This document shows positions 40,609 to 56,270 of a stretch of 64,000 nucleotides of DNA, piece after piece (positions within the stretch are counted from its first letter, which is position 1; every line of letters begins with the position of its first letter). The notes beneath the pieces are model-generated. The model saw only the letters and a program-made list of their open reading frames with translations, was not told where the DNA came from and searched no databases. The stretch is from Eledone cirrhosa (lineage: Eukaryota): contig OZ024742.1 of the NCBI GenBank assembly GCA_964016885.1, forward strand, positions 33,170,001-33,234,000, read 5' to 3'. The position numbers and the translations under genes are program-made.

Positions 40609-41900
40609 TAGCCTCAGGTGAGCATCAATTTAAGAGATCTATGATCAAAAGTATTCCAGCTGTGATCATACCATTTATTCAGGGTCACATTGTCTAACTG
40701 TTATTTCAACATAGGATATATAACACTGCCAAATAAAAACTATCAAGCACTATAAACTATGAAAAGAAGGCTGTCCCAGCTCAGTCAATAAGGACCTCTC
40801 AAACAAGATAAAAGGGGGTATGTGTGATTTAAAAACGGGATGGATTTAGAATATTTATTTAAAGAAATGAAATGAATATTTATAAACGAAATAGTGAAAA
40901 TATTTTTTTTTTGTCTTTGATGCAATGAATTTGAAAACAACCAATACTAACAATTTCATCCAAATGAAAGTTATTTTTATTTTAGAAAATAAAGCACCAT
41001 TCCAGGACAGTAGATTGGCTGTATTATTTAGTGACAGCCAAGATACCTTGTGGTATTTGTTCTCACTTCTTAAATTCTAAGTTGAAATCCTACTATGACT
41101 TCAGTGGAAGATATAATTCGTTAACCAGTTTATCACCATTACCTGGCCCTTGGATGCTCTTAGCTAAGTCCAGGGGCTCTGGTTTGAAGGTATTTTCCTT
41201 TTTCCTCTAGTTTTGGAGACCCTGAATAGGATCATGGGCACAGCTAATCCCTTCAAGCCCTGGGGTGTCTTTAGCAGAGCCCATTCTGTTGCAAGTATTT
41301 GCACCAGATCTCTGGTTTCAGGAGACCCTATTCCTTCACTTAGCCTTCCCACCAGTCTCAGAGGCATTAAAATGGAAACTGCCTTTGCCTCCCTTACTAA
41401 ATAGTAAAATAATAAAAAATTAAAAGATAAAAGAAAAGAAAAATTCCACTAAGGTAATTCTTTACAACAAAACAAAATCTGAAAGTACCAAAACAAATCA
41501 CAAAATGTCCCAAGAAAAACTGAGAGAAAATTGTTTATTTTTTTTTTATTTTGTTAAAAGAAAATATAAAAATCAAAAAAATCATACCCCCCCCCCCCCC
41601 GTCATATACACAAACAACAACACACAGCTGAAAGAACAAAAGTGAAAGTAAAAGAGAATTGAAGAATGAATTTAAAGAATTTGTCCCACAGACAGTGAAA
41701 TCTTCGAGAAAGAATATACCTATATGTATATAACATTTGCAACATGTATTATTATTAGTAGTAAAAACATTATTATTATGATTAATTATAATAATAATAA
41801 CAACAACCTCAATAACAACAATCATAATAATATTAAGGTGAAAGTAGAGCAACACCAGTAGAGAAAAAAAAAAGATTTAAAAAGATTTGGTCAGACTCAC

Positions 41901-41919
41901 CGTAGATTTTAGTAGACCT
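41901..41919 (-). other. Candidate 19-nt micro-exon of an unidentified host gene
   Basis: Minus strand ttaattaaattactttaccttcag|AGGTCTACTAAAATCTACG|gtgagt; splice signals only. Confidence 0.3.
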
Positions 41920-42957
41920 CTGAAGGTAAAGTAATTTAATTAATGAAATAAGTCCTGCTTTGATTATTTGATGAAGTGAAGACTGGTGTAATAAGGAAAG
42001 CAATGAATGTTGTATAAAAAAAAAATCTAAAGTTCTCCGGAGATAGTGGGTGAACCCGGATGGGATTAGGCAAGGCAGGCAAGGTAAGGCAAAGAAAGGC
42101 AAGGCAAGGCAGGAAGGAAGAGGCTTACAGTTCACTCAGAGACACTATATTTAGTGTAGTTGATGACAGCTAGCCAACCACAAGAGCCATCAACATTGCA
42201 TGGACAAAGCAAAAGCAAAGCAGGCTCTCCTGAGTGCAGCCAGTCAGCCAGTCAGCCAGCCAACACGTGTAATGTGGATAGATAATAGATAGATTGATGG
42301 AAGGATGGATTGACAGATAGACAAGCTGGAAGAATTGATGGATAGATAGATAGATATAGAAATAAATGGATGAATAGATGGATGAATGGATGCAGAGATG
42401 GTTAGCAGGCTGACTGGCCGGCTAGTCAATGGTGGTGGTGGTGATAATAGTGGTCATGATGGTATTGATGGTGGCAGTGGTGATGGTCGTGGTGGTAGAG
42501 GTGGCATCAACAGCACAACTGTTGTGGTGGTAGTGTTGGAGGTGGAAGTGGTATCAACAGCCCCAACCATGGTGGGGATGATAGCATTAACACCATAGCC
42601 ATGATGGAAGTGGTGGTGATAGTGATGGTAGTGGTGGCTGTAGTAGTAGTTGTGGTTGAGGTAGTGATGGTGGAGGTAGTGGTAGTTGAGGTAGGTAGTG
42701 GTGGTAGCGGTAGTTGTGGTGATGATGGTGAAGGTAGTGGTGGTGGAAGTAATGATGGTGGAGGTGGTGGCCTCAACAGCCCAGCCCAGCCAACCGCTAT
42801 GGTGGAGGCAAGGATAAAGAAAATGATTCTCTAAGATGAGAAATTAAAGAGTTGCCATGTGTTATAAAGGCCAGCAACAGTAGCAGATAGAAGGACAAAG
42901 AATCAATATCACAGCTGAGGCACATATCTTACAGCTAGGTATATTAACTGAAGATAA

Positions 42958-43310
42958 ACAACAACAACACCGCCACCACCACCAACAACAACAACAACAC
43001 CTCCACCACCACCACCACCAACAACAACACCTCCACCACCACCACCAACAACAACACCTCCACCACCACTACCACCACCAACAACAACAACACCACCTCC
43101 ACCAACAACAAAAACACCTCCACCACCACCAACAACAACAACACCACCTCCACCAACAACAAAAACACCTCCACCACCACCACCAACACCTCCACCACCA
43201 ACAACAACAACAACACCACCACCACCACCAACAACACCTCCACCACCACCACCATCAACAACAACACCACCACCACCATCAACAACAACACCACCACCAC
43301 CACCAACAAC
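42958..43310. repeat. (ACC/AAC)n low-complexity tract
   Basis: Trinucleotide-derived. Confidence 0.9.
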
Positions 43311-43567
43311 ACTATGATCACTACCACCACCTCCACCAACAACAACAACATTAACATGAACAACTACTACTACAGTCAGTATGTGTTTGTGTGTGTGTAT
43401 GTGTGTGTTGGGGAAGGGGATGAAAACAAACAACAACATCAATAACAACAACATTAATATCATCATCATCAACATGGCTATTGGTATCAATATCATCAGC
43501 ATCAACACTAACATCAACATCATCACCACTGGCAACAATACCAACTTGAACAACTATTATTGCAAGC

Positions 43568-44325
43568 TGTATGTATATGTATGTGTGTGTGTATATGTAT
43601 GTGTGTGTATGTGTGTGTGTGTATGTATATGTATATGTATGTGTATGTATATGTATGTGTGTGTATGTATGTATATGTGTGAGAGTGTATATGTATATGA
43701 GTGTGTATGTATATGTGTGAGAGTGTGTGTGTGTATGTATATGTATATGTGTGTATGTATATGTGTGAGAGTGTGTGTATGTGTGTGAGAGTGTGTGTAT
43801 GCATATGAGTATGTGTGTATGTATGTGTATGTGTGTGAGTGTGTATGTATATGTGTGAGAGTGTGTATGTATATGAGTGTGAGTGTGTGTATATGTATGT
43901 GTGCGTGTATATGTATGAGTGTGTGTAGGTATGTGTGAGTGTATGTGTATGTATATGAGTGTGTGTATATATGCATGTGTGAGTGCGTGTATATATATAT
44001 ATATGTGTGCATGTATGTGTGTGTGTGTATATGTATGTGTGAGTGTGTGTATAGGTATGTATGTATGTGTGTGTGTATGTATGTGTGTATGTATAGATAT
44101 GTGTGTGTTCGTTTGATAGAGGTGGAACTGATAACAACAACACTAACATCATCAATGGCAACAAGATGAACAACAATTACAAATGCAAGTAGTGTTGTGT
44201 GTGTGTGTGTGTGTGTATATGTGCTTGTGTGAGTGTGTGTTATGTATGTATGTGCTTGTGTGAGTGTATGTTTGTGTGTGTGTATGTTTGTGTGTGTGTG
44301 TGCGTGTGTGTGCGTGTGTGTGTTT
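43568..44325. repeat. (GT/AT) compound microsatellite
   Basis: Alternating purine-pyrimidine tract. Confidence 0.92.
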
Positions 44326-44424
44326 GTGATAACAGCAACAGCATCATTGATAAGGACATCAACAAGAACTATAGTTGCATGTGGTGTGAGTGTGAGTAGG
44401 GTGGAAGGGAGTGTCGGTGATAGT

Positions 44425-45195
44425 AACCATACCACCACTACCACCACAACTACCACTACAACCACCACCACCACTACCGCCACAACTACCACCACCACCA
44501 GTACAACCACCACCACCACCACCACCACCACTACCACCCAACCACCACCACTACCACCAATACCAGCACCACCACCACAATGACCACCACCATTACAACT
44601 ACCCCTAACACAACTACCACCACTACCACCACCACCACCATCACCAACACTACCACCACCACCACAACCATCACCAACACCACTATCACCATCACTACCA
44701 CCACCACCACAACCATCTCCAACACTACTACCACAACCATCACCATCACCACCACCACAACCATCACCAACACCACTATCACCACCACCACAACCATCTC
44801 CAACACTACTACCACAACCATCACCATCACCAACACTACCACCACCACCACCATCACCAACACTACCACCACAACCATCACCAACACTACCACCATCACT
44901 ACCAACACTATCACCACAACCATCACCAACACTACCACCACCATCACCAACACTACCACCACCATCACCAACACTACCACCACCACCACCAACACTACCA
45001 CCACCATCACCAACACTACCACCACAACCATCACCACCACTACCACAACCACCACCACCACAACCACCACCACCACCACCACCACCACTACCACCACAAC
45101 CACAACCAACACAACCACCACAACCACCACCACCACCACCACTACCACCACAACCAACACAACCACCACAACCACCACCACCACCACCACCACCA
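44425..45195. repeat. (ACC)n-derived low-complexity tract
   Basis: Source of the poly-Thr, poly-Gly and poly-Val ORFs. Confidence 0.92.
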
Positions 45196-46309
45196 AGAAC
45201 AATTAGAGGCAGTGTCTGGTGTGTATGTTGGTGGAGGGAATGGTACATGATAACAGTAACAACAACAATAATACACCAACATTGCAATTGTCATCATCAT
45301 CAGCACCAACAAGAACAACAACCACTGTTGCATGCAGTGTGTGTGTGTGTGTGTGCGTGTGTGTGTGTGGTGGAAGTTGGTGTAGATAACAACAACAACC
45401 AGCATCATCAATATCAATAAGTTTCTACTTTAGGCACAAGGCCAGCAATTCTGGGGGAGGGGAAAGTTGATTAAATCGACCCCCCACACCCCAGTATGTT
45501 ACTGGTACTTTATTTTATCGAACCCCAATAAGGATGAATGGCAAAGTGGGGTAGGAGGTGGGGTGGTTTAGGAGGTGGGGATGTGGATGGGGTAGGAAGT
45601 GGGGCGGGGTAGGAGGTGGGGGTTGGGGTGGAGTGGGGTAGGAAGTGGTGGTGGGGTAGGAGGCTGTGTGGGGTGAGCGAAGGTGTTATCAACAATAACA
45701 AGAACCTTAAAGATATGTTTTTTTTTCTTGTGTTAGCAACTGCAATAAACTGGCTAATGTACAAATGGTGGTGGAGGTGGCAGTGGTGGATGGTGGCGGT
45801 GGTGGTTGTGAAGACGGATGTAGAGGAGAAGGTGGAGGTAGTGGAAATAGTAGTGGTAGAGGTGGTGGTGGAGATGGAGGTGGTGGTTGTGAAGATAGAG
45901 GTAGAGGTGAAAGTGGAGGTAGTGGAAATAGTGATGGTGGTGGTGGTGACAGGGTGGAGAATAAGGTATTGATGATGATTGTGGCCATGGTAGAGTTGGA
46001 GGCAGTAGAGATATAGGTGGTAGTGGTGATGGAGGTGGCAGTGGTGGAGATAGTGGTAGTTGTGGTGACAGAGTAGAGATAGTGGTGGTGGTGGCCATGG
46101 TTGAGTTGGAGGCAGTAGAGATATAGGTGGTTGTGAAGATGTTGGTGATAGATGCAATAGTGGTAGAGAAATAGGTAATGTAGGTTGTGATTAAAAGGGT
46201 TGGCACCAGGAAGGATATCCAGCCTTAAAACATTGTGTCAAAATATCCCATCCAACCCATACCAGCATAGAAAAGTTGATGTAAAAACGATGATGATGAT
46301 ATGTGTGTG

Positions 46310-46682
46310 TGTACCCTAGTGCACAGTTAGCCCACCAGGAGTGAGGGACCCTTATCTTGTGAGGACATCATTCTAGGAGAAGGAAAACTCTATAAAACCC
46401 ACGACTCGATGAAAGCTAATGATGTTAACTTGTGATTCTTTTTGGATACCTGAAACCATTGTTCAGAGAGTGGGACTAATCAGTACAAGGCATTTCTTCA
46501 CTTAAAAAAGCTTCAAGCACAGGATCTAAATAATTTCAACGTGTGTTGCATGAGTATGGCCTTTTCTTTTTTCTATCACTGCAGCATATGCAGAAAGGAA
46601 TCTAAGTACTTGGCAGGGTTAAAATGTCATGCTCGAGCCACTCATGTTAAGGGATGGCAGTTCTCGAAATGGAGAAGCAGCA
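46310..46682 (+). mobile_element. Diverged non-autonomous RTE derivative with the same design as 21782-22366
   Basis: ttctaggagaaggaaaactct, gagagtgggact, CSICRKESKYLAGLKCHARATH, terminal hairpin. Confidence 0.65.
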
Positions 46683-46696
46683 ATATATATATATAT

Positions 46697-46727
<31 letters not shown>

Positions 46728-47250
46728 GCAATAATAATATATGTGAAGACTAAAATCCGAAGAGGGCTCAATAAGGATAATATATATATAAACCATTACG
46801 GGTGAAAGCAGCAATTCTTTGTTTAAACTTTAATCTGCTATTTCAATATATATATATATATATATAAACTTTTGAAATTGGAAAACGCGAGTGTCTCAGA
46901 CAGAAACATGACTGTAACAAGGAATTGAACCTCACATCTCTTATATAAATTAGTTTTGTGAGCTCAGCAGTGTTTCATAAACAGTTTCTTTTTTTACATT
47001 AGACTTTATGCCAGTACTTCATAATTACCTTCAAATTGATGGCACTCCAGATGTAAAGATTTAGAACAAATACTGTAGGGCATCTCATCTCACAATCTAA
47101 CAACTCTGCCGATCTACTACTCTGGACTGCTACTTTATTAACCTCCAAAAGAAGGAGAAGTCAAAGTTGACATAGGTGGGATTTGTGGCAAAAATAAAGT
47201 AAAGATCAAAGGATTTTATTTATTCCTTTTTAAATATCTACATTATCTAG

Positions 47251-47726
47251 TTAAACCTTTTGATACCAAGCCAACTGAAACTATTCTGGATTTATGATAC
47301 AATAATACCTATTTTTAACCTTTTAGCATTTAAACCGGCTGTATCCGGAGAGTATTCTCTCACCTCTTTTTGTTCAAACTGGCCATAACTGGCCACTCGT
47401 ACGGACGTTAAGGTATTGTTCTCAAAATAAATAATATCAAAATCTCATAGATTCGATATTATGTGAGGTAAAGCCTTTACCATGAAAATACAATAGTAAA
47501 TATAGAGTAATTCAAATGCTAAAGGGTTAAACATTCATACTTATATTAAAACTTTCCATTATAATTTTATATAAGAAATTTTTTGAATTTTTATGTTTGA
47601 AACATCAGTTTACTAATGAAAAAGTTTATTATATTATTAATTCCTCCAGATTTGTTATTATTTACAAAATAAATTAAAACACATGGACTGTGTAATTTAT
47701 TATAAGTGTGATAACAAAAGAGTTAA
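47251..47726. mobile_element. piggyBac-type MITE containing a nested second piggyBac-type MITE
   Basis: Outer TTAAaccttttgatacc...taacaaaagagTTAA; inner TTAAccttttagcatttaaa (47315)...ttcaaatgctaaagggTTAA (47530). Confidence 0.72.
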
Positions 47727-48299
47727 ACAGAATTATCCTCTTTAGACACTGACTATGATATTACATAGAGGCAGAGTTGTTAGAACGTCAGAATGTTTGG
47801 CAGTATTCATTCCAGATCTCTACTCTCTGAGTTCAAATCCCACTGAGGTCATCTTTGCCTTTCATCCATTTGAGGTCGATAAAAAAGTATCAGTCTAGTA
47901 ACGGGGTAGATTCTTTCCCTATATCTCTTTCTCACTTCCATTCTCGCACTCTCTCCTTCTCTAAAAGAAATCTGCTGTATTCAGACCTGAGGAGGAGATG
48001 GGCTTTGCCAGGTTTAAAAATGCCCTAGAAACACTGTATGTCAATATGGCACCACTATGATCCATCAGGATTTGCAGAACCATGCATGATATTACATATT
48101 GTTGAAATGTATGGAACACCAAGTGAATAAATTTATTATATATCAAGATATGTCAAATCTTTCCAAATGTATGGCTCAGTATAGTGACAAGTGGTAAAAG
48201 TTTGACACTGTTAGAAATTTCTCTCTATCATCTTAAAATAAAAAAAACAACATATTAAATATGAGGGCAGAGTCCTCAGACACACCTTCCAGAGGGTCC

Positions 48300-48610
48300 T
48301 ATCAAAACTATCTCTCTCCATTTGATCCGAATGGATCCCCAAGGAAGACCAACTGATCTCATGGATGTTATTCAACTATCTTACTATCTCCTTCAGGGTC
48401 TCCTGCAGGTTGGTTTTCTTCATAAAATCTGTCCAGTGTTTCTTTCCTTAAACATTTTAACATGTCCAAAGTATCATAGCTGTGATCTCTCAATTAAAAA
48501 AAGTAGTGGCTTTACCTGGAGTGATTCCTTGATTTCTAAGCTGTCCCCTATCAAGTAACATTACTCCAAAGACCCTTCAAAGAAACCCCATTTCGGCTAT
48601 TTTCGGTCAT
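48300..48610 (-). mobile_element. Degraded RTE-like LINE 3' fragment
   Basis: Minus strand EIKESLQVKPLLFLIERSQL*YFGHV. Confidence 0.5.
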
Positions 48611-48669
48611 ATATATATATATATAAAATAAATGCTTGTTTTATAGGTCTGCGTCTATAAATACATTAA

Positions 48670-48716
<47 letters not shown>

Positions 48717-49039
48717 GATGTAGATTATTTTTGTTTCTAAGAGTACACTTAATTGTTTTTATTTGTTTATTTGTGTGTGAAAGATAATACTATTTTTCAA
48801 ACCTTTCTACGTTAGATGATTAGGATAGCTGACTTTTATTAGTTTTTGTAAGAATATATGAACACGAAGAAAGCTTTAGAGTAAAAGTACTATTAACAAG
48901 AAGTTTTAATAGGTCCTACATCCAAGTTATGCCATCCTAAAAAATAAACACGTTTGGTGATGATCCACAAGACTCCCTTCAATGGTTGAGGTGTTATTCA
49001 TTTTTTCCCCTAGTTATACTGTGTCATGTGACATATTCA

Positions 49040-50040
49040 CAATGGATAGAGAGACAGATCAAGATTAGTGAGCCAGACTAAAGTGTCATTTGTAGTATTA
49101 TGGATTGCCTCCAGGCTGCCGGGAAAACATCTGAGGGAGCAATCCCGAACAACATGCAGCACTGTCTAGTTAGGGTCCCCACAGTCACATGTTGGTCTGT
49201 CTTTCATTTTCCATTGATGGAGATGATGGGCTGTCCTGGCATGTGTTGTGTGGATCAGATTAAAGGACACCCATTGCTTTCTAGGAAAGATGAAGTTGGC
49301 TGGTTTAGATGTGAGGTCCTGGATAAGGTCTTGATTGGCAAATTTGGATTCATTCCATGATCTTCGCCACTCTTCCTTCAAATCAAGTTATTGTCTTAAA
49401 GGGTCTTCATTCCCAGAATGGCTTTCATGATTTCAAGCACATGTTGGGAAAGTTTTCCAGATCTTCATGGACGGGAAGGTGGGGCTTGGACTTGGTAAGG
49501 AGAGCTGCCCTGCATATCATCTCCTGATGCCACATGTGAGAAGGAGCTATATGAGAAAGGTTTGCAGTCACTTCACTGAGTAGGTGTCAATTTGCTTGGC
49601 CTGCCCAGACCGGTAAACAGTACTCTGCAACTGAGTATGCAAGTGCTAAGCACGCAATTTGGAGTGTGCATGCATCAGACCCCCAGCTGTTTCTTGCTAA
49701 TTTGCAGATGATATTATTCCTGGTCTTGAGCTTCCTAGCAAACCTCTTTAGGTGCTCTCAGTAGGACAGGACGTGATCCAATGTTATACCAAGATATTTG
49801 GGGTGTGGTTCATTCTTAACAGGTCTGCCACAGAAAGAGACTTTGAATTCTATCCTAGCTTGTCTGGTGCTGAGATGGAAGGCTGTCACAGTGGTCTTGC
49901 TTGAGTTGGGCTGAGGGCGTCAGTAGAAGTAGTAGTAGTCCTCCAACTTCTTCAGGTCTTCTGTGAGTGTAAAGTTGAGTTTGTCAAAGTCAGTAGATTG
50001 GGTAGCCAAGGCAGGATCATCTGCATATGCCAGGTTGTTT
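49040..50040 (-). mobile_element. Degraded LINE, Vingi/Ingi-like RT C-terminal half
   Basis: LAYADD..ATQ, PKYLGITLD, KTRNNIICKLARNSWG, LALAYSVAEYC, C-terminal W..FN.IHT..PTCDCG; many disruptions. Clade assignment is inferred. Confidence 0.7.
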
Positions 50041-50050
50041 CTTTCTACTG

Positions 50051-50273
50051 TTAACCTTTCGATATTAAACCACCTAAAACTGGTCCTGGTTCTATCATAC
50101 AAAACTATATTTTAAAGTGTTTATATTTACCTAAAAACCTTTGTTAAGTTAGGGTTAGAAACACCAGCTTAATAATGAGAATGTTAAATCCCACTAAATT
50201 CTTGTTCATTTTCAAAATTAATTGAAAGTCATAGGCAAGTGTTTTGTTAGAAATATGGTAACAAAAGGGTTAA
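50051..50273. mobile_element. piggyBac-type MITE
   Basis: TTAAcctttcgatatt...ggtaacaaaagggTTAA; homologous to the outer element at 47251. Confidence 0.7.
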
Positions 50274-50838
50274 ACTCTCTCTTCTCTGAAGTAGGAATAC
50301 CAAATGAGAACAACAAATGTTTTAAAGTCATTTCCCTACAAAAGTAGGGATTAGCCTTGTGGGGCTCCATAAAAAGTTTCTTCATTTTTCTCTATACACA
50401 TTTCATTTTACATCATCCTTAATTGTTTCTTGGTATTCCCCTTCCTCTGACACCCATTTCTACTACTCCTCTCACCCAGTCACTTTCATCCTTCTTCAAA
50501 CACATAACCCCCATGAAAGTGAGGCAGAAGAACAAATGATGCCTAGCCCAAGGGCCCACAATGTGATGTGTTTAGCAAGGTTTTAACTTCTTGACCTTGT
50601 AAGTTAGTTGTCTGTCAGCTTAACCTCTTACAGTTGTAGTTGATTGTCTTGATAGATGGACTGTCTGTTGTGTGGTTACAGTTAGCAAGGAGATGGCTTC
50701 TTCTTCTACTTCTTCTTTGGTCAGCTTATTATTATTAATATTATTATTATTGTTATCATTGAAGTAATCTTCGATACTTGCTTACTTACTTCTTATGTTA
50801 ACCATTTCTAGCAGCAAATGAACTTGATTAAGATGATG

Positions 50839-52175
<1,337 letters not shown>

Positions 52176-52735
52176 TGTGTGAAGGAGTGAATGCTGTAAA
52201 AAGATGGATTATTCCACGGCACTATATTAATAACATGTCAACTACCAACAATCAGACGAAGGTTAGGTGACCAAAAATAGCTCAGAAATATAAGAGCAAC
52301 GAGTCAGGGCTGCAAACAAGTGAATTTCTTTGGGAAGTTGCAGAACATTGATTACTCTATGTGTACATGTGAGTGTATATATGTGTATATTTGTTTGTTT
52401 GTATGTGTGTATGTGTAGAGGATTATCAACATCTTAACACTTTATTTTGATATCACATTCTTTGTTTGAATCATACTCTGTCTCTTTCTGTACATAGCTT
52501 TAATATCGTCTGCCACAGCTCAGAATATTACAGCTACATCTCCCTCTCTCTCTTTATATACATATCCTTCTATACATACATACATACATGCAAGTATGCA
52601 TGTGTATGTGTATGTATGTATGTATGTATGTATGTATGTATGTATGTATGTATGTATGTATGTATGTATGTGTGTGTGTATGTATGTATGTAAATATATA
52701 TGTATGTAAATATGTATGTATGTAAATTTATGTCA

Positions 52736-53310
52736 GGTGCTACTGGTAACATGTATTCCAGTACAACCTGTCCCATGGCCGGGTCGTTGGCGACTAAACT
52801 GGCAACCCCACCAAGGTGAGGAGGGTGACTTTGGACATCCTGCAGGACTAAAAACAAAACCTGTCAAAGGGCAAAGGAGCTCTTAAGAGTCAATGGCCAT
52901 CCAAAATCACCGGGAGAGATGACCCCTTAGCCTTTGTCAAGGCAGAATTCTAGGAGAAGGAAAACTCTGATATAACACCTGCAACCCTGATGGTATCCAA
53001 TGATGTTGACTTGTTCTTCTTTTTGGTAAATATCATCTTGGTTAAGAGAGTGGGACTGGCTTTGTGCAGTGCCTTTGCTCACGGCACTGGCATTGCTTTA
53101 TATCTGGAGATCTCCCTGCACTTGTCGTCACATGGTACCATGGGCCCAGCACTATGTGTCAATAATTGTCACAAGTGTAGTGTTTGTACCAGAGTTTTCA
53201 AGTCGCTGGCTGGATTAAAAAGTCACACTTGTTCAGCGCATCGGTAGGGGTTCTCCTACATGGATATAAAGTAGTGGCCGTACTCGAAAACGAGTTGGCA
53301 GCCACCATGT
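52736..53310 (+). mobile_element. Non-autonomous RTE-derived retroposon, inverted twin of 21782-22366
   Basis: Only scattered substitutions and one 8-nt indel relative to the first copy; (GTAT)n flanks. Confidence 0.78.
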
Positions 53311-53448
53311 ATGTATGTATGTAAATATGTATGTATATATTTTGTATTGTCCCCTACATGTCGGCCCTTGTGGCTAATAAATGAAATCATTATTATTATT
53401 GTTATTAATGTATGTGTGTGTGTATATGTGTATGTATGTGTGTATGTA

Positions 53449-53479
<31 letters not shown>

Positions 53480-55859
53480 TTTTTCTTTTCTTTTTTTATT
53501 TATTTATTATTATTATTTTTTTTTTTTTCTCCTCGTGCAATGGCCATACTCGATAACGAGGGGGCAGCCATCATATATGTATGTATGTATGTATGTAAAT
53601 ATACATGTATTTGTGTATGTAAATATGTACATATGTATGTATGTATGTACGTAAGTACATATGTATGTATGTATGTAAATATGTATGTATGTAAATATGC
53701 ATGTATGTATATATGTATGTATGTATGTACTTGCATCAATGAAATACTGTCGATTCAGGAGATGTAGTATAGGCAGGAGCAGTCACAGTTCCTCATTGAT
53801 CTCTGTTGATATGTCCTATGTTGGATTGTTGTCAGTGCCTTGTGAGGGGGGGGGGGGTCTTGCTTTTCTTGCTGGATTGAAAAGCCACCTCAATGCACAT
53901 GAATGGGGTTGACTTGCATCTAACAAGTTGATACAGTCATCATGTATATATACATAGTCATCAGTCCCATTCATGCTTAAACCCTTCCAGCATCCCTCTT
54001 TAGTAACTATTCTCACTGCCAAAATTCTTCCATATTACTCATAGCTCTTTAGGAACTTTTATCATCACTGTACGTCCCATTCTATCTGAGATCACCTCTT
54101 TCCTATCTCACATCACCCTGTTAAATCCCAACACACTTGTCATACACCCATAACATATATTTTCATCCATTTTCTCACTCACATCACCCCTTTAAATTCC
54201 ACCACACTTAACATATGCTCATGACATCATCTTCCCTACATCTTGCTGTCATTTGAACATTATTCTATGTACTATACATGCACCTTTGATGAGTTGTAGT
54301 GCACCTGAGCACTGTACACAATAATTCCATTATTATTTATTATTATTATATTGTCACTTACCTATGATATCATATTTATCCTTCTTACCTCCCTTCCATT
54401 CTATTTTCACCGCTCCTTCTGAACATGGCTAACTTGGGACATGTTATCACCCCCACCCCCCACTCCACTTGGGTAGAAAGGATTCTACAGTCAAGCCTAT
54501 GATCAACAACTTCTCTAGTGCTGGTGCCACAAATGCACCTAGTGTATTTTGCAAAGTGATCAGTGTTTGGAAGGGTATCCATCTGTAGAAATCATGCCAA
54601 AAAGGGTTTGAAATGACTCTTCTGTCATGTCTTAGATATGACAACCTCTCTAATATGCATTTAGTACACCGTGTATACTAGTTGGCATTAGGAAGAGTAT
54701 CTAGCCCTAGAAAACCTGCCGAAGAAAAGGTTGCGATGACTCTTTAGTTGTGCTGGTGCTGCAATAAAGCGTACCCAGTACACTCTGTAAAGAAGAGGAA
54801 GGTATGTAAGAGAGATGCAGCCCCCAGACCATGTTAGAGGTCAGTAGCTGCAATTAAGTACTGACTTGGTCTGTGACAACTCATCCAACTCTTGCTAGCA
54901 AGGAAATTAAATGATGATGATATATATATGCAGAGGGAGAGAGTTCCCTCTCCCCAACTTCATATGGAATGTTAGTTGCTGCTTCACCCCATGATATATC
55001 ATTATAAGTTTTATTGTTTTTCGTTTTTACTTTGTTCTGAAATTAATGTACTTAATGTTGCTCTCCAATAGGTTAATTGTTGAATCCCTAAAGGTGCAAA
55101 CATCTGGTGTCCTATGTCTTCAAACCTCTCCCTATTTACTGAGAGTGAGATGAAGATGGCCATCTACAAGAATGAGTCCAGTGAGTTGGAATAACTCTTT
55201 CAGTACATCTACCTTGCCATCCTCTGGTATAACACATATTCCATTTTGTCCATTGGGACCATGAAGCAACATTTATTTGATGTTTTGCAAAGACATGAGT
55301 GTGAACAGAGATGGAGGTGGTGGATAGTAACTAATTACTAGGTCTCTGCATGTGTATATACCATAGCTGTGTGTATATGCATTCATGTGTATCTCTAGGC
55401 CAGTCACAGACTCTGTAAACCACAGGGAAGACAGCTGTCTAGGAGGTGAGTTGCCTGAATAAATAAGACTGTATAGGGTAGATCTGAGCTCCATAAGATG
55501 TGGGGAAGTTAGCTCATCTAGGAGGGCAGTTACTGTGAGTAAATAAAACCACATAAGTTAAATGTGAGCTGCATAAGGCAATCTGTCTTGTAGAGCAGTC
55601 ACTCTAAATAAATACTGATACAGGGTAGATAAGACTCTTAAGTCCTGAAAGACAACCCCTCTAGTGCTGGTGGCATGATAAAATGTTCCCAGTTCATGTT
55701 GTAAAGTGATTGGAGATAGGAAGGGACCCCAGACAGAAAAAATTATGAAAAGCACAATTTATAACATACAAACATTCTATATACAGGACTAACATTAATC
55801 ATGTTAGTGCTGCATAAAGTAGTGGGGTAAGTACAGAGAGCTGCTACCAAATGACAAAC

Positions 55860-56270
55860 CAACCACCACTGTCAAGTAACAGAGTGCAGGGTCACCACTC
55901 TTAATGTCAGCACACTGAAAGGTAGATTGAAAGAAATTGTGGAGATGCTTGAGTGAAGACAAGTAGATATAAGGTGTGTTCAAGAGGTGAGATGGAGAGT
56001 CCCATCAGCCATATTCCTCACAGGCAAACAGTGAAGATATAAGCTCTTCTGGGTAGGGAATAATGATGAGATAGGTGGAGTAGGCATTCTACTAGCTGAG
56101 AAGTGGATAGATAAGGTAATTGAGGCAAATAAGTAAATGACAGAATTATCAAACTCAGAATAGTCAAATGGTGATTGACAACAGTTATCTCTACTTATGT
56201 GGCACGATCAGGACCAAGTAAAGAACAGAAAGACAACCTCAATAATATGATGATTTGAATGGAAATGTTG
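55860..56270 (+). mobile_element. Degraded RTE AP-endonuclease N-terminus
   Basis: RVTTLNVSTLKGRLKEIVEMLE*RQVDIRCVQEVRW...GGVGILLAEKW. Confidence 0.75.

Noticed and set aside
46745-46850. CCGAAGA...GAAAGC between TA runs
   Set aside because: Helices I and III and the cleavage triplet cannot be formed convincingly.
52990-53247. 85-aa C2H2 ORF as a host zinc-finger gene
   Set aside because: Single finger inside a dispersed repeat; differences between the copies are mostly non-synonymous.
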